This document shows positions 1 to 10,300 of a stretch of 30,407 nucleotides of DNA, piece by piece (positions within the stretch are counted from its first letter, which is position 1; each line of letters begins with the position of its first letter). Position numbers and translations under genes: made by a program. Below the pieces are notes generated by a model, which did no database searches, was not told the origin of the DNA, and was given only the letters and a program-made list of their open reading frames with translations. The stretch covers positions 1 through 30,407 of the forward strand of contig CAZUFC010000103.1 in NCBI GenBank assembly GCA_964619725.1. Reading direction: 5' to 3'. The stretch is from an uncultured bacterium (GTDB taxonomy: Bacteria > CSSED10-310 > CAZUFC01).

Positions 1-2493
1 CCCGTAAGGCGGATCAGCGCCGGGGACAGGTTCCAGATTTATGCCTGTATAAACCCGGCATAAATTGGCCCGGTCAATGTAATACAGTTCGACTCGATCG
101 ATATCATTTCCTGAAGCGATAGCGAAAAGGTAAATATGACCGCCTTCGGCTTCGGCGATGCTGCTGTTCATCCATCCTGCGGCTAGCATAAAGGGCCGTT
201 CGATCGCCGGCGTCGGCGTTATAGTCCCTACTGCGGTCGGAGAAGGGGTGAATGAAGGTCCGACGCTGGGAGTTAAAGTAGGCGTCCCGGTCGAAGTCGA
301 CGTCGGCGACAGACTTGGCGTAGAACTGCACGTCGCCGTGGGTGAAAGAGTCGACGTCGGACTGTTCGTCGGAACCGGCGTCGTCGTTACGGTGTGACTC
401 AGGGTCGGGCTCGGCGCCGGGGCGGTTGCGTAGATAAGTTTGATATCCTGCTGCGAACCGTTTTTATACAGCACGTATGGAGAATCATTCGAATCCAGTT
501 CAAGTATGACGTTCGATTCTATGGAATATTCCTGATCGAACCGGAAAGGACCGTGCCAGCCGCCGGGACTGGAAAAATATATATAAACCCCGCTAAAATC
601 CTTCCAGAATGCATAAGCCAGCCATACTTCATCTTCAGAATCAACCCTGACGGAAGGATAGACTTTGTATCCTTCGTCAAAAAGAGTCAGGTCCCACGTA
701 TCGGTATATCGTGCCAATATTAATCCCGTATCGTTATCGCTGTAGGCCAAGTAGACCGTCCCGTCGCTCGCCACATCAATGGAACTTATCTTCCCCGTTC
801 CCAGCTCAGGTTCGCTTACTATTTCCAATTCCCAGGCGGAATCCGAATAATGCGCCAATCCCATGGCTGCAGGACTGGATAAATACCCTATATAATACTC
901 CTCATCGTTAAGAACCTTCATGGACATGACTTCAGCCGCGTTTGAGGACTCCATGGTGACGCATTGAGGATCAATCCATTCTTCGCCGAAACCTTTAGTG
1001 AAGTAGACTCCGTTTTGAGGCAGAAAAGCGACGTACATCTGATCCCCGAAGGAATCCATAACGAAGTTGTAGCACAATTGTCCGACGAACTCGTCAGAAG
1101 TTATTTCCCAGACGCCTTGATCTTTCCAGGCGAACCGCAACCCGTCGCCGACTGAATACACCACGCATGGACGATCCTGAGAATCAAGTTCCAGCTCCAC
1201 TTTCAGCAATAGTGCGGGGTAGTGTTTCACCAGTTCGAATTCCCATCCTGAACAGTCACGGTATCCATAAATAATGTTGTCCTGATCGTCGGAAAAAGCT
1301 ATGTGAACGTTGTCGTCAGAATCCAGAGCGATATCATAATCAAAATAGGAAAGATATTCCTCAATATTTTCAATGGTCCAATCATCGCCGTCCTTGACGG
1401 CGGTTTTAAGGTATTGATCGTCCCGACTGACGAAACTCACGACCGGCCGGTCCGTTGAATCATAAGCCAATGAAGCGCAGGCAAAGGAATGATTGTCCGT
1501 ATCTATCTCGTCGAAAACCCACACGCCGTCCTCATTCGTTAAATAAACAAGTTCCTTGTAATAACTCCGCCCGTAAGCTATACCCGGATTTCCCTCAGAA
1601 TCAAAATCAAGACAAACGGTAGGCCGATAAGCCCTCATCTGAGACGTTTCAAATATGTTGACCCACTCCATTTCCCAGGAAGTCCCGTTCCAGTAAACAT
1701 AATTCAAATAGCCGCTGTCTTTGCCGTCGACCTTCTCTTCGTCGTCCATGTACAGAGCGAAATGAGGTATCTGTTGGTTTTTAAGTTTCAGAGAAGTATA
1801 AAAAGAAGTTCCCCCGTACAGAATTTCATGAAATTCCCACGTCGATCCGTTGAATCGACAGTATTTTACCTCTCCGTCATTATTTGCGTCATAAGTAATA
1901 TGAATCCTGTCTTCCGAATCGACGGCTATGGAAGGATATTTGCCGCCAACTGAGCTGTCTTCTATTTGTTGAATTTGCCAGTCACCCGTTTCATTTTTGT
2001 GAAATAAATATAATGAAGATGAGTAATAAGCGGATATCCAGGGATTGCCATCTGAATCATGGGCTATACTGCTGGGAGTCAGACGAAAGGTTTCCTCAAT
2101 TATTACGTCTATTTCCCAAGTACCTGAATTTTTCAAAGCATACCGGTATGTTTGATCCAGTTTATCGAAATAACTTAAATGAATTCTATCTATAGACTCT
2201 ACGCTCATGGAAACGAAAGCTGTTCTTCTGTCGCTGACTAATTCAACTCGCCACTTAGGACCTTCCCGATAATATACCTTCAACTGATCTCCGCCTGTTG
2301 CCAGCACCCGATCGCCGTCCGGCATAACATGCAGACAACGATGCGGAGCCCAGCCTGAAAACCAGGCCGGACATTTTACGCATTCCAGCTTCCATTCGAG
2401 GTCAGCAGATGTGACGCTGAAAAATACTGCAGCGTGAAGCAGGAGCATTAACATTGCTGTTTTCCGGGAATTTAAAGAGATTGAGTAAAACAT
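1..2493 (-). CDS. Large secreted beta-propeller-repeat protein with Pro/Thr/Ser linker and C-terminal domain; 3'-partial, runs off the window start (>=831 aa)
   Basis: Hand translation of both ends from ATG at 2493: signal-peptide-like start (MFYSISLNSRKTAMLMLLLHAAVFFSVTSA); repeated blades such as SIAHDSDGNPWISAY, PSIAVDSEDRIHITY, CLDFDSEGNPGIAY; P/T/S linker at ~205-426; then RPFMLAAGWMNSS...DIDRVELYY in the same frame to position 1. Its absence from the ORF track fits a frame with no stop inside the window. Confidence 0.88.
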   Translation of the reverse strand, partial: MFYSISLNSRKTAMLMLLLHAAVFFSVTSADLEWKLECVKCPAWFSGWAPHRCLHVMPDGDRVLATGGDQLKVYYREGPKWRVELVSDRRTAFVSMSVESIDRIHLSYFDKLDQTYRYALKNSGTWEIDVIIEETFRLTPSSIAHDSDGNPWISAYYSSSLYLFHKNETGDWQIQQIEDSSVGGKYPSIAVDSEDRIHITYDANNDGEVKYCRFNGSTWEFHEILYGGTSFYTSLKLKNQQIPHFALYMDDEEKVDGKDSGYLNYVYWNGTSWEMEWVNIFETSQMRAYRPTVCLDFDSEGNPGIAYGRSYYKELVYLTNEDGVWVFDEIDTDNHSFACASLAYDSTDRPVVSFVSRDDQYLKTAVKDGDDWTIENIEEYLSYFDYDIALDSDDNVHIAFSDDQDNIIYGYRDCSGWEFELVKHYPALLLKVELELDSQDRPCVVYSVGDGLRFAWKDQGVWEITSDEFVGQLCYNFVMDSFGDQMYVAFLPQNGVYFTKGFGEEWIDPQCVTMESSNAAEVMSMKVLNDEEYYIGYLSSPAAMGLAHYSDSAWELEIVSEPELGTGKISSIDVASDGTVYLAYSDNDTGLILARYTDTWDLTLFDEGYKVYPSVRVDSEDEVWLAYAFWKDFSGVYIYFSSPGGWHGPFRFDQEYSIESNVILELDSNDSPYVLYKNGSQQDIKLIYATAPAPSPTLSHTVTTTPVPTNSPTSTLSPTATCSSTPSLSPTSTSTGTPTLTPSVGPSFTPSPTAVGTITPTPAIERPFMLAAGWMNSSIAEAEGGHIYLFAIASGNDIDRVELYYIDRANLCRVYTGINLEPVPGADPPYG
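205..426 (-). repeat. Pro/Thr/Ser-rich low-complexity linker within the 1-2493 CDS
   Basis: Minus frame reads TAPAPSPTLSHTVTTTPVPTNSPTSTLSPTATCSSTPSLSPTSTSTGTPTLTPSVGPSFTPSPTAVGTITPTPA; the + strand VGVGV-type ORF is its shadow. Confidence 0.85.
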
Positions 2494-2532
2494 TGTTCAA
2501 CAAAACCTTTGAAATTAATTCAATTATGTCCA

Positions 2533-2943
2533 CTATTCGTGAAAAGCAGATATGTGGACCTCAAGCAGCGGAGGCGTTAAATTAACCTCCCTCCAAACTA
2601 CATACGGCATACTTTCCCGATCAAGACAGATCGAAACGTCGTTCAAATCAAAAAAATGACCCGGAGCATCCCAACTGATCAACTCATACTCGTCCTCTGA
2701 TCCTGTCCATGTATTGCCTCCGTCTGTGGAAAAAATATAGAAACATTCCCGATTCTGCAGATATGACAATTTGCAGAGCAAGACTACATGTAAAATGCCT
2801 TCGTCAGGATCACTTATCACTATATCCTCCAATGCGCCAGACCACCATCCGGCATTAACCATGCCGCCCGTTCCAGACAATACAACAACCGACAGAATAA
2901 AACAAAAACACCTCTTTTGAATCATTAATACTCCGAGACTCAT
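2533..2943 (-). CDS. Small secreted protein with one BNR/Asp-box motif; possibly a truncated propeller gene
   Basis: Signal-peptide-like N-terminus (CFCFILSVVVLSGTGGMVNA), Asp-box STDGGNTW, blade-like VSICLDRESMPYVVWRE; 136 aa is too short for a full propeller. Confidence 0.6.
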   Translation of the reverse strand: MSLGVLMIQKRCFCFILSVVVLSGTGGMVNAGWWSGALEDIVISDPDEGILHVVLLCKLSYLQNRECFYIFSTDGGNTWTGSEDEYELISWDAPGHFFDLNDVSICLDRESMPYVVWREVNLTPPLLEVHISAFHE

Positions 2944-3063
2944 GAAAATATAATACCCAAAACCGTCTCCCGGCTTCTATCAGTTTCCATGGTAATAATG
3001 GAAAAAATAAAGTCAAATTAAAAAGTCGCTTTTGTTATGAATTTTTGCAAAATAATTTGAATT

Positions 3064-3091
3064 CAGTTCAGAGTTCAGAGTTCAAAGTTCA
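3064..3091. repeat. Short heptamer tandem repeat (NAGTTCA)x4
   Basis: cagttca gagttca gagttca aagttca. Confidence 0.8.
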
Positions 3092-3268
3092 GAACTCCTG
3101 CCAAGAACACAACCTATTGAAAAGATTGATTTTCTTACATTGAAACTCGGCATAATAATAGTGAAGTTTTTACCTTCCCCCATTCCCCCGCAGGCGATGA
3201 AACTTTGTTTTACACGAATTTTTTCGATCGTCTATAGTTTTTTGTCAAACATTTCACAATTTTTATTA
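3091..3268 (-). repeat. Dispersed repeat family B, copy 1
   Basis: Reverse complement shares aaaaattgtgaaat.tttgac.aaaaa...cgatcgaaaaaattc with 16984-17042 and attattatgccgag..tca.tgtaa.aaaatcaat...caggagttct with 19760-19836. Confidence 0.7.
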
Positions 3269-3271
3269 GCG

Positions 3272-3305
3272 AGTGCCTGTCCATAAACTCGATTGTCGAT
3301 TCAAA
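3272..3305 (+). repeat. MITE-end-like 34-bp motif, inverted copy of 19841-19874
   Basis: agtgcctgtccataaactcgattgtcgattcaaa versus the reverse complement of 19841-19874 (agcgcctgtccataaactcgattgtcgattcaaa): 33/34 identical. Confidence 0.85.
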
Positions 3306-3329
3306 ATTTAATGCTGGACAGTCACTGCG

Positions 3330-3472
3330 GTTTTTGATCCATAAACGAACGAATTTTTTTAAGACAAGGATGGTAAGGATTTGCAAGACAGGGGCGGCGC
3401 TTATACTTTGACTGAGCAAATCCGAAGACTGACGCAGTATTGGGGCAAAATTCGCCGTTTATGGACAAAAAC
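3330..3472. mobile_element. MITE-like element with ~26-28-bp imperfect terminal inverted repeats
   Basis: Left gtttttgatccataaacgaacgaatttt (3330-3357); reverse complement of right end 3447-3472 is gtttttgtccataaacggcgaatttt; no credible coding capacity; shares the TCCATAAAC core with 3272-3305. Confidence 0.6.
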
Positions 3473-3746
3473 TAGCGAATTTCAGAAGCTGTGGAGTTGA
3501 GTTTCTATATGAAGTTTGTGCTGGCGGACAACGATGGTGTAATCAATTCGTTCCGGTTTCCCGTCTCAAACCTTCATCACTTTGAAAATATTCTTTTTTT
3601 TACTATATTCATCCCTGTTCATCAGTGATGGTATCTTCGCTGATGAACGGCTTTGAGCTGCGTTTCAGGTTTTTTGAATCCTGCGCCGGCCTGATTGAAA
3701 GGTGAAAAATAAGGATGAAAAGTTTATGCTGGAAATGAAATGTTTC

Positions 3747-3961
3747 GGGAGTGATCAAAACCGGGTTCCAATTCTTTCAAAACTTTTGACAATTTGTGTC
3801 GGTACAGCAATCGGTATCGGTCTCGGAGTCGGGGTCGGAGTCGCAATCGGTATCTGGATCGGTATCTGGATCGGTATCGGGTCCACAATCGCAATCGCAA
3901 CAAAACGAATGGATATTCTGTAGGATTGTAACCTCAAAGGATGCATTTTTGATCAATGCCC
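3747..3961 (+). mobile_element. MITE-like family A, copy 1, with expanded hexamer tract
   Basis: Ends gggagtgatcaaaa ... ttttgatcaatgccc; collinear with 17168-17316 and 19124-19266; ~15 degenerate GNNATC/GNNGTC hexamers at ~3807-3900. Confidence 0.75.
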
Positions 3962-4268
3962 TTTTTCTTTTTATGGAACCACAAAGGCGTATTGAATTTA
4001 TGGTATCGCCGGGTCTTTTACAGATTGCGCACTGCCCGAATCGCAACCTCGAAATACCGGGATTTGCTCAATGCCCATTTTTTTATCCTGGAATTTTAGT
4101 TCACACTATATGTTCGATCCCCGATCAATACCCGACAGAATTGTTTTAACAAGGACAAATATATATCCTTCAACATTTACGCGCTATAACGGCTCATTCC
4201 GCCAGGTCCGCTTCGTACGCTGAGTCCACAGCATCCGCTGAATCCGATTCCCATCACCCTCTTATCAC

Positions 4269-7200
4269 TTATGTTTTACTTGTAGATTTTTTCGCGGTTC
4301 GTTTCTTCCTTTCCCTCTTCTTTTCATCCCACAACAAGACTTTGCCCTTGCAATGATAGGCGAAATTGGACACTGTTCTGGACCCGGGTATGCCCCGTAC
4401 GAACAATTCATATCTTCCATCGTTTTTCTCTCTAATTCTCATCAACTTCTTCATATCGCTCTTATTTGGTTTTTTGAAATCAGGCGGTGTTTCCAGTTTT
4501 AAAGCATCGAGAGGAATATGTTCAGCCGTCGGAAATTCCATCATATTCAGGCAGAATTTAAGTTGAGCGACCAGTCCCTGGAGGCTCCAGAAAAGGATTT
4601 GCATTATTTCCTCAATAACTTTCGAATCCGTTTCAGGGGCGGAATCTTTATCCAGAATTCTCAAATCGCCGATGCAAGCCAGCAGAGAGTAGCCGTCATA
4701 GCAGCGGAAAGGCGATGTGACTATGCGAATATAGTTCAGCAGGTCAAGCGCATGCCAGAGGAAGTCTGATTTAGAGCCGAACAACGAAGGCATATGAATA
4801 GACGGTAAGATTGAGTCGTCTATTTTATTCAAATCAAGTTGATTGGGTTTAACGTACCAGTCCTCATCCAGGGCGAATTCGGGATGCATCATGATATCGA
4901 TCAACGGTTGAGCGAATGAATCCGAAATATTATTTTTTTCTCCGTAGCCCTCATCCAGTCTTTTATCCTTCGAAACTGCGGCGGTGAGTTCGATCAAAAA
5001 ATCGACCAGATCATTCAATTTATTTCGCCCCTGGTCTTCATGCGCTCCGGCATACTGTTCCGCCAGTTTTCCATAGGTTCTTATTTTTTTCAGTGATTGC
5101 TCTCTGGACCTGGTGTCTCTTTTTTGCATTTTAAGACCATAGCGCAGAGCATAACTTCTTTTACCTCTTATTTTCGCCAGCAATGTGCCGTAGCCTTTGG
5201 TTTTAGTCAAAGCATGAAGAGCTGAATTTTTGCTGTTTCCCGTCAATGGTTTGCCTGCGAGGACATAATGGTAAACGAGACTGACGGGTAGCGCATTGCG
5301 AAGGAGTCCCAGCAGCGGGTCCCAAACTTCCGAACGATTGAAATTCCACCTTTGCTTTACTTCTCTTGATTCGATAAGTTCCGTAAAGTATTCGACGCTT
5401 TGCTTCCATCCTTCGGGCAAAGTAGAAGAGACCGTTTTCATCCAGTTCAGATTACGTGCATATTCACCCAAAACAGTATCCAGCAGCTCGTAAGCGGAAT
5501 GACCGGCCGGGAGAACCGAGGTCAAATCCAAATAATCTCGTTGCACCCATAAAAACCGGCCGGCTTTCTTCAAGCGTCGACTCAGCGCCGCAGGCAGCGG
5601 ATACCGCAAATGTGGCCACCGAAGAAAACTCAAGCCTTCATAGTCATCGTTTGCTTGATCGTTTTCAATTAAATTTTTGACTGACGGATGCTCCAGGAAA
5701 CGTTTCGCCCGCATCAGACTCTGCACGAGAGGATTATTGCCGTTCATCCCCAGGGTCGCTTCAGTTTCTTCATAGGCACGACTCAGTTCTACGGCAACTT
5801 CAAGGCAATGATCCTCCCATTTTTCATCATACAACTGCTGCTCGCTGATCGGTCGACCGACTCGAGTCGAAAGACCGAATGGAAAATGCCAGGATGAACT
5901 GAGCCATAAATCCAAAGCTCTTCTGTACCAGGATATGTGATGAATCACCGGGTCCTTCTGCCTTATTTCGTTTTCTGCTACGAGAAGCAGCTTGTCATAG
6001 GGCAGAGGTTCTCCAGCAATCAATCGCTCTTTATTCTCCGGTTCGAGATTATCCAGTTCGTCAGTCACCCGGTAAAAAACATCCAGTATCTCGTAAGGGT
6101 CCGAAAGGTCTTCTTCAACATCTTTAGACTCCATCAAGGCTACCCAGTTGAAAGGATTGATCGCAATTTCCGGATAATTAAGATACAACTTGTTGAGCGG
6201 TCGTTCGGGTTGACCGTCAACCTTTAAACGGCAACGTTGAAACACGAATTCCGCGGCGCGTCTTATTAATTCCTCTCTCGCGATCTGATCGCCGTCTCTT
6301 ATCAGAGGCAGATCATCATAATACGTGCCCTGGTATCTCGGCAGCACTTCAAGGTATGGATCGGCCGAATCGTCGTTGGGCACGATGAAAACTGTCGTCG
6401 CTTCTTTTGTCCTATTAGCCAATTCCGCTATTCTTTCCGGTGGGACCGCGCTTTTTTGATAATTCTGCTGCATAACCGTGGAGGAAGACTTCAAATTAAT
6501 ATTCAGCTCACTGTGAATGCGAAAAACAAGAATATCCTGACCCACCGAAAAATCAGCCTTCATGAATCGATCTGCTTCATTCTGATCGACAAGATTGTAA
6601 TATTTCAATGCGATGTCGCCTTCACCCGTTATCAACTGACTCAAGATTATCATCAGACATTGAACCACAAATTCATCCGAATGGTCTTCGGGGCAACGCA
6701 GTACAAAAGTCAGGTTACGGCGTTGCAAAGGTCTGTGTTCCCAGCGCTCCACAAAATCGCGAAAAGCGCCTATAAACGGAAAATGGAGAAGGGCTTTTTT
6801 ATTCCGCCTCCCTTCTTTGTGCATACCCGGATAAGTCGATCTGTATTCATCCAATCCCTGATAGAGATTCTGCAGATTTATCCAGCTTATGCGATTCCGA
6901 AATTCAGTCAATATCGCTCTGGCCAGACTTTCCGGCATCATGATCCTGCCGTCGCTTGATTTTTTGGGATAATAGGCGATCGCTTCAAGTTTCTCCTTTT
7001 TCAGTTCTTCCAACGCAGTTTCGCTCCGCTTGGCGCTCAAGAATGAAAAGCGTATCCCCTTCTTATATAGCTCTCCAGCCAACTGAAGGCCATACTTGAC
7101 GTCAGGTTCGCCGCCGTCATGTCTCGGTATCCTCAGATCGACGACTCCTACTATGAATGTGTCCAGATGCTGAGGACTCTCTAAAAATTTTATAACTTTT

Positions 7201-7385
7201 CGAGCCTGATCCAGACTTGTAGCCAGAGCCAGATGCAGACCCAGCAAACGATATACTCTATGTTCGGTGTCGCCGAAAGTCCTTGTCCAGACATCATGAT
7301 CGCCGCCTTCAGACAGAAAAGATTTCAACGCGAAATTATCGTCAACCCACAATAAACAACCTTTTGAATAGGACCTCTTCATCAT
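4269..7385 (-). CDS. 1038-aa soluble protein with N-terminal receiver (REC) domain and a large unrecognised body
   Basis: LLWVDDN (acidic pocket), GVVDLRIP (phosphoacceptor Asp), YGLQLA, FSFLSA, AYYPK (Lys) in REC order; GAGGTG RBS; start abuts the upstream stop (7386/7385). Confidence 0.75.
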   Translation of the reverse strand: MMKRSYSKGCLLWVDDNFALKSFLSEGGDHDVWTRTFGDTEHRVYRLLGLHLALATSLDQARKVIKFLESPQHLDTFIVGVVDLRIPRHDGGEPDVKYGLQLAGELYKKGIRFSFLSAKRSETALEELKKEKLEAIAYYPKKSSDGRIMMPESLARAILTEFRNRISWINLQNLYQGLDEYRSTYPGMHKEGRRNKKALLHFPFIGAFRDFVERWEHRPLQRRNLTFVLRCPEDHSDEFVVQCLMIILSQLITGEGDIALKYYNLVDQNEADRFMKADFSVGQDILVFRIHSELNINLKSSSTVMQQNYQKSAVPPERIAELANRTKEATTVFIVPNDDSADPYLEVLPRYQGTYYDDLPLIRDGDQIAREELIRRAAEFVFQRCRLKVDGQPERPLNKLYLNYPEIAINPFNWVALMESKDVEEDLSDPYEILDVFYRVTDELDNLEPENKERLIAGEPLPYDKLLLVAENEIRQKDPVIHHISWYRRALDLWLSSSWHFPFGLSTRVGRPISEQQLYDEKWEDHCLEVAVELSRAYEETEATLGMNGNNPLVQSLMRAKRFLEHPSVKNLIENDQANDDYEGLSFLRWPHLRYPLPAALSRRLKKAGRFLWVQRDYLDLTSVLPAGHSAYELLDTVLGEYARNLNWMKTVSSTLPEGWKQSVEYFTELIESREVKQRWNFNRSEVWDPLLGLLRNALPVSLVYHYVLAGKPLTGNSKNSALHALTKTKGYGTLLAKIRGKRSYALRYGLKMQKRDTRSREQSLKKIRTYGKLAEQYAGAHEDQGRNKLNDLVDFLIELTAAVSKDKRLDEGYGEKNNISDSFAQPLIDIMMHPEFALDEDWYVKPNQLDLNKIDDSILPSIHMPSLFGSKSDFLWHALDLLNYIRIVTSPFRCYDGYSLLACIGDLRILDKDSAPETDSKVIEEIMQILFWSLQGLVAQLKFCLNMMEFPTAEHIPLDALKLETPPDFKKPNKSDMKKLMRIREKNDGRYELFVRGIPGSRTVSNFAYHCKGKVLLWDEKKRERKKRTAKKSTSKT

Positions 7386-10300
7386 TTAACTCACCTCGCT
7401 TATCAAAAGGAAATTCGATACGTTCTCCAATGCTTGAACCATATGCTCAACCTGGTATGCTATCTCGGCTTCGCTCTCTTCCATTAAAGCCTTTAACTCA
7501 CCTTTAACCTTGTCAAATCCGCGTTTCGTTTTCTTCCTGGCTTCCTTTACCTCCTCCGGCGAACTCATCATCTGTTCAATCAAACCCGCTGAATTTTCTT
7601 TTTCATCACTGAACGATATACGTCGCATCTTTTCAATGCAGCTTTTCGACTGCAAAAGAACTTCATCGCAATTATCCACTTCCCTCCTGATTTCCAACTC
7701 ACGGTTCTCCGGACACTTACCTCGTAAATTGTGTCGGATGACGCTGAATATGCCGCTCGAATCCTTGATCAGCGTCGCCCATTCAGCCGCCAATCTGTCC
7801 GGCTTCTCCTTCACCCTAAAAGCGATATTGTTGTTCAAACACCAAAAGAGAAATTTGGGATGAAGCCCAGACAACAAGTCGGCAGATACCTCAATATTAA
7901 GCAATATAGTTTTGTGCATGGTTGTGTTGTTCAACCTCTTTTTGTCTCGCGGTTCTTCCAGATCAGGTATCCCTTCATGCGAGAACCATCGACAAATTAC
8001 TGAAGCCAGTTCTTCCTTGCTCGATGCTTCGGCTTTACTTAAAAACAATACATCAAGTTCGTCGCTGCCGCTGTTTTTTTCAAAGTATCGCTGTAAACGA
8101 TCATCAAAGTCTTCTGCATCGAAAGAGACCTTTTCCGCCTTGTATCGCCTCGCCGGTTCGGTTTCCTCAGAAACGGCATATCCTTTCCTTTCTATCAACT
8201 CTGATAATTGATCCAGGCCTTCGCAAATGGTCCGGACCTCATTCAGTTTTTTCCCTGAAGAAAAAATACAAACCGTCGCTTCATCACACAAATCCCTCAA
8301 TTCTTCCTTAACCACTTTATAACCGGAAGGGATAAAATAGGCATTGTTTTCCAGCGTGCTTTTTACTTGATCGATACCATAACTGGTTACGAGCCAAAGA
8401 GGAGGTTTTCGGTCTCCGTTGCAGACGTTTCTGAAAAAACTCTCCAGCAGATTTATGCCGTATTTTCTGTCAGGTTCGCTGGAAAGGCTGTCCCGTAAAA
8501 TTGTCATATCAGCTATCATTAAACGGGGCATGCATTTCTGCAGGTCCTTTTCTGCATCCAGAAATCCCCTTCGGTGAATGATCGATACCCCCTGCAACGC
8601 CGGCCTCGATCTGAGATATTCGAGCGAATCTTTATAATTGTCCTCCTCATCTTCCACATATAATACATAGGGATCGGAAACCTCCTCTTTCAAACTTTCT
8701 TCTGAAGCTGCAGCTCGTATTCGAGTAAATACCGCCCTTGCCGGCAACGACAATTTCCCCTGAATCCTTTCTTCTGAAAGCATGAAATAGCGAATGTCCG
8801 AGCCATGAGATAATCCGCTTTTCAACTGCATTCGGGCCGCAAATACTCCGACGCCGGTTGATGATGTTTTGTCTTTATTGCGTTCCAGCAACTTGGGTTC
8901 ATCCTGATTCAGCGCAGTCATTCTGTCAGCGGGAACGGGTTTCGTCGAGTTTTCTATGATGAAATCCAGTATCCATTTTGAGTCCATGGCGTTGAAAGCT
9001 TCCCTCGGTCGCGTCTGGATTTGGACCAGTACTTGCCTGGGGGAGGGCGCTGCGGTCGCTCCTGCAGCCTCCACCGCATTCTTGAACATTACGTCAAAAG
9101 TCTCCCGGACCAATGCTTCGGGGAAATCGACTATGATTTTTGGTACTGATGACGGTATATAATTCACGAAAATATCTCTGTTCAGTTTGCCGTCGCTTCT
9201 TTTGATTTCTTCCGCTCGTCGTTTCAAAGCCTCCGTGATCATCTTTTCCGTTATCGCCGGTTTATCTTCATCTCCCTCAAATGTCCTGCCGTCTATCTTC
9301 AAAAGATGTCCCATTATCGCATTGCTCGATGCAATGAATTTTCGGGGCTTTCTCGTCGACTCGGTTTTCTGCTCCAGAACTGGACGAAGCCCCCTCCACA
9401 GTTCTTCAGTCAGCAGTTTCGTTTCCGCCGGAATTTTCTTTTCATTGTTTATACGGTGCAGAAACTGATCCATAGCGCCGGAAATAAGATTCATCCGATC
9501 TTTGATGGCGGATTGCTCCTTTTTCTTGTCCCTCAATTTCTGACGAACTATCAGCTCTATCAACAACTGAAGCGTCTGTCTTTCGGAATCCAATTCGGAA
9601 ATGCTCTTTTCTTCATCGTCATCAGCCACCAGAATTAACGTGAACCTCTCGTTCTCTGAGATTATTAATTTTCCTTCTTTGTCGCGTGCCTCGGGATGCA
9701 GAATCGGATCATACGAGATATAAATGACTTTCGAGAGTCGTTTTTTGTTTTCATATATTTCAACGAGTTTATTCATTTCATCGGCTGATTCCGACCGGCC
9801 GCTTACCTCCTCGGCAAGATCGATTTTCAAATGTTCGAGGTAAGCCCGCTGCAATTCATAAAGCGATTTATTCTCCGTGCTTAAGTCCAGCCCGTGACGA
9901 TATTCGAAAGAGAGTCCCATCTCCGAAAAATCTTTCCAGATTTCCGATTTATCAAGTCTTAAATGTTCTTCGTCCTCAAATAATGAACACAAGATAGCCG
10001 ATAGTTTTTTGTCTACCGAGTATTCATTTTCCGCGAATTCACCTGGCGCATAATGCTTAAAAGGAACTGATTCGAATTGCCTGGCCGTTTCCTCATCATT
10101 CTCCAGTTTTAATTTGCCTTCAACGTTGCGGACGTATAAATCATACTTGTATTGTATGATCTTGTCCGCCACCCTGAACATTTTTAATGACCGGTCGCCC
10201 CGTTCCATACTGGTGCAATAGGCGTTCTGATCCTTCGGGTCCTTGCTCCTCAATGCAGCTTCCAATACACGCAGCCTCACATAGTTAACGTTGGACAAAT

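Noticed and set aside
104-2195. Short ORFs in the track at 104-2195
   Set aside because: Antisense or off-frame shadows of the long minus-strand CDS 1-2493.
3190-3260. Fluoride riboswitch-like start (ggcgatga)
   Set aside because: The rest of the consensus is missing, it lies inside a dispersed repeat, and no fitting gene follows on that strand.
3807-3900. Possible CRISPR array or DGR repeat
   Set aside because: Degenerate 6-bp tandem units with no spacers; no cas or reverse-transcriptase gene in the window.
3702-4149. Four overlapping ORFs with IGIG/PIPI/DPDT/SVSG repeats
   Set aside because: They are readings of the stop-poor hexamer tract inside a MITE-like repeat; the other two copies of the repeat have no equivalent ORF.
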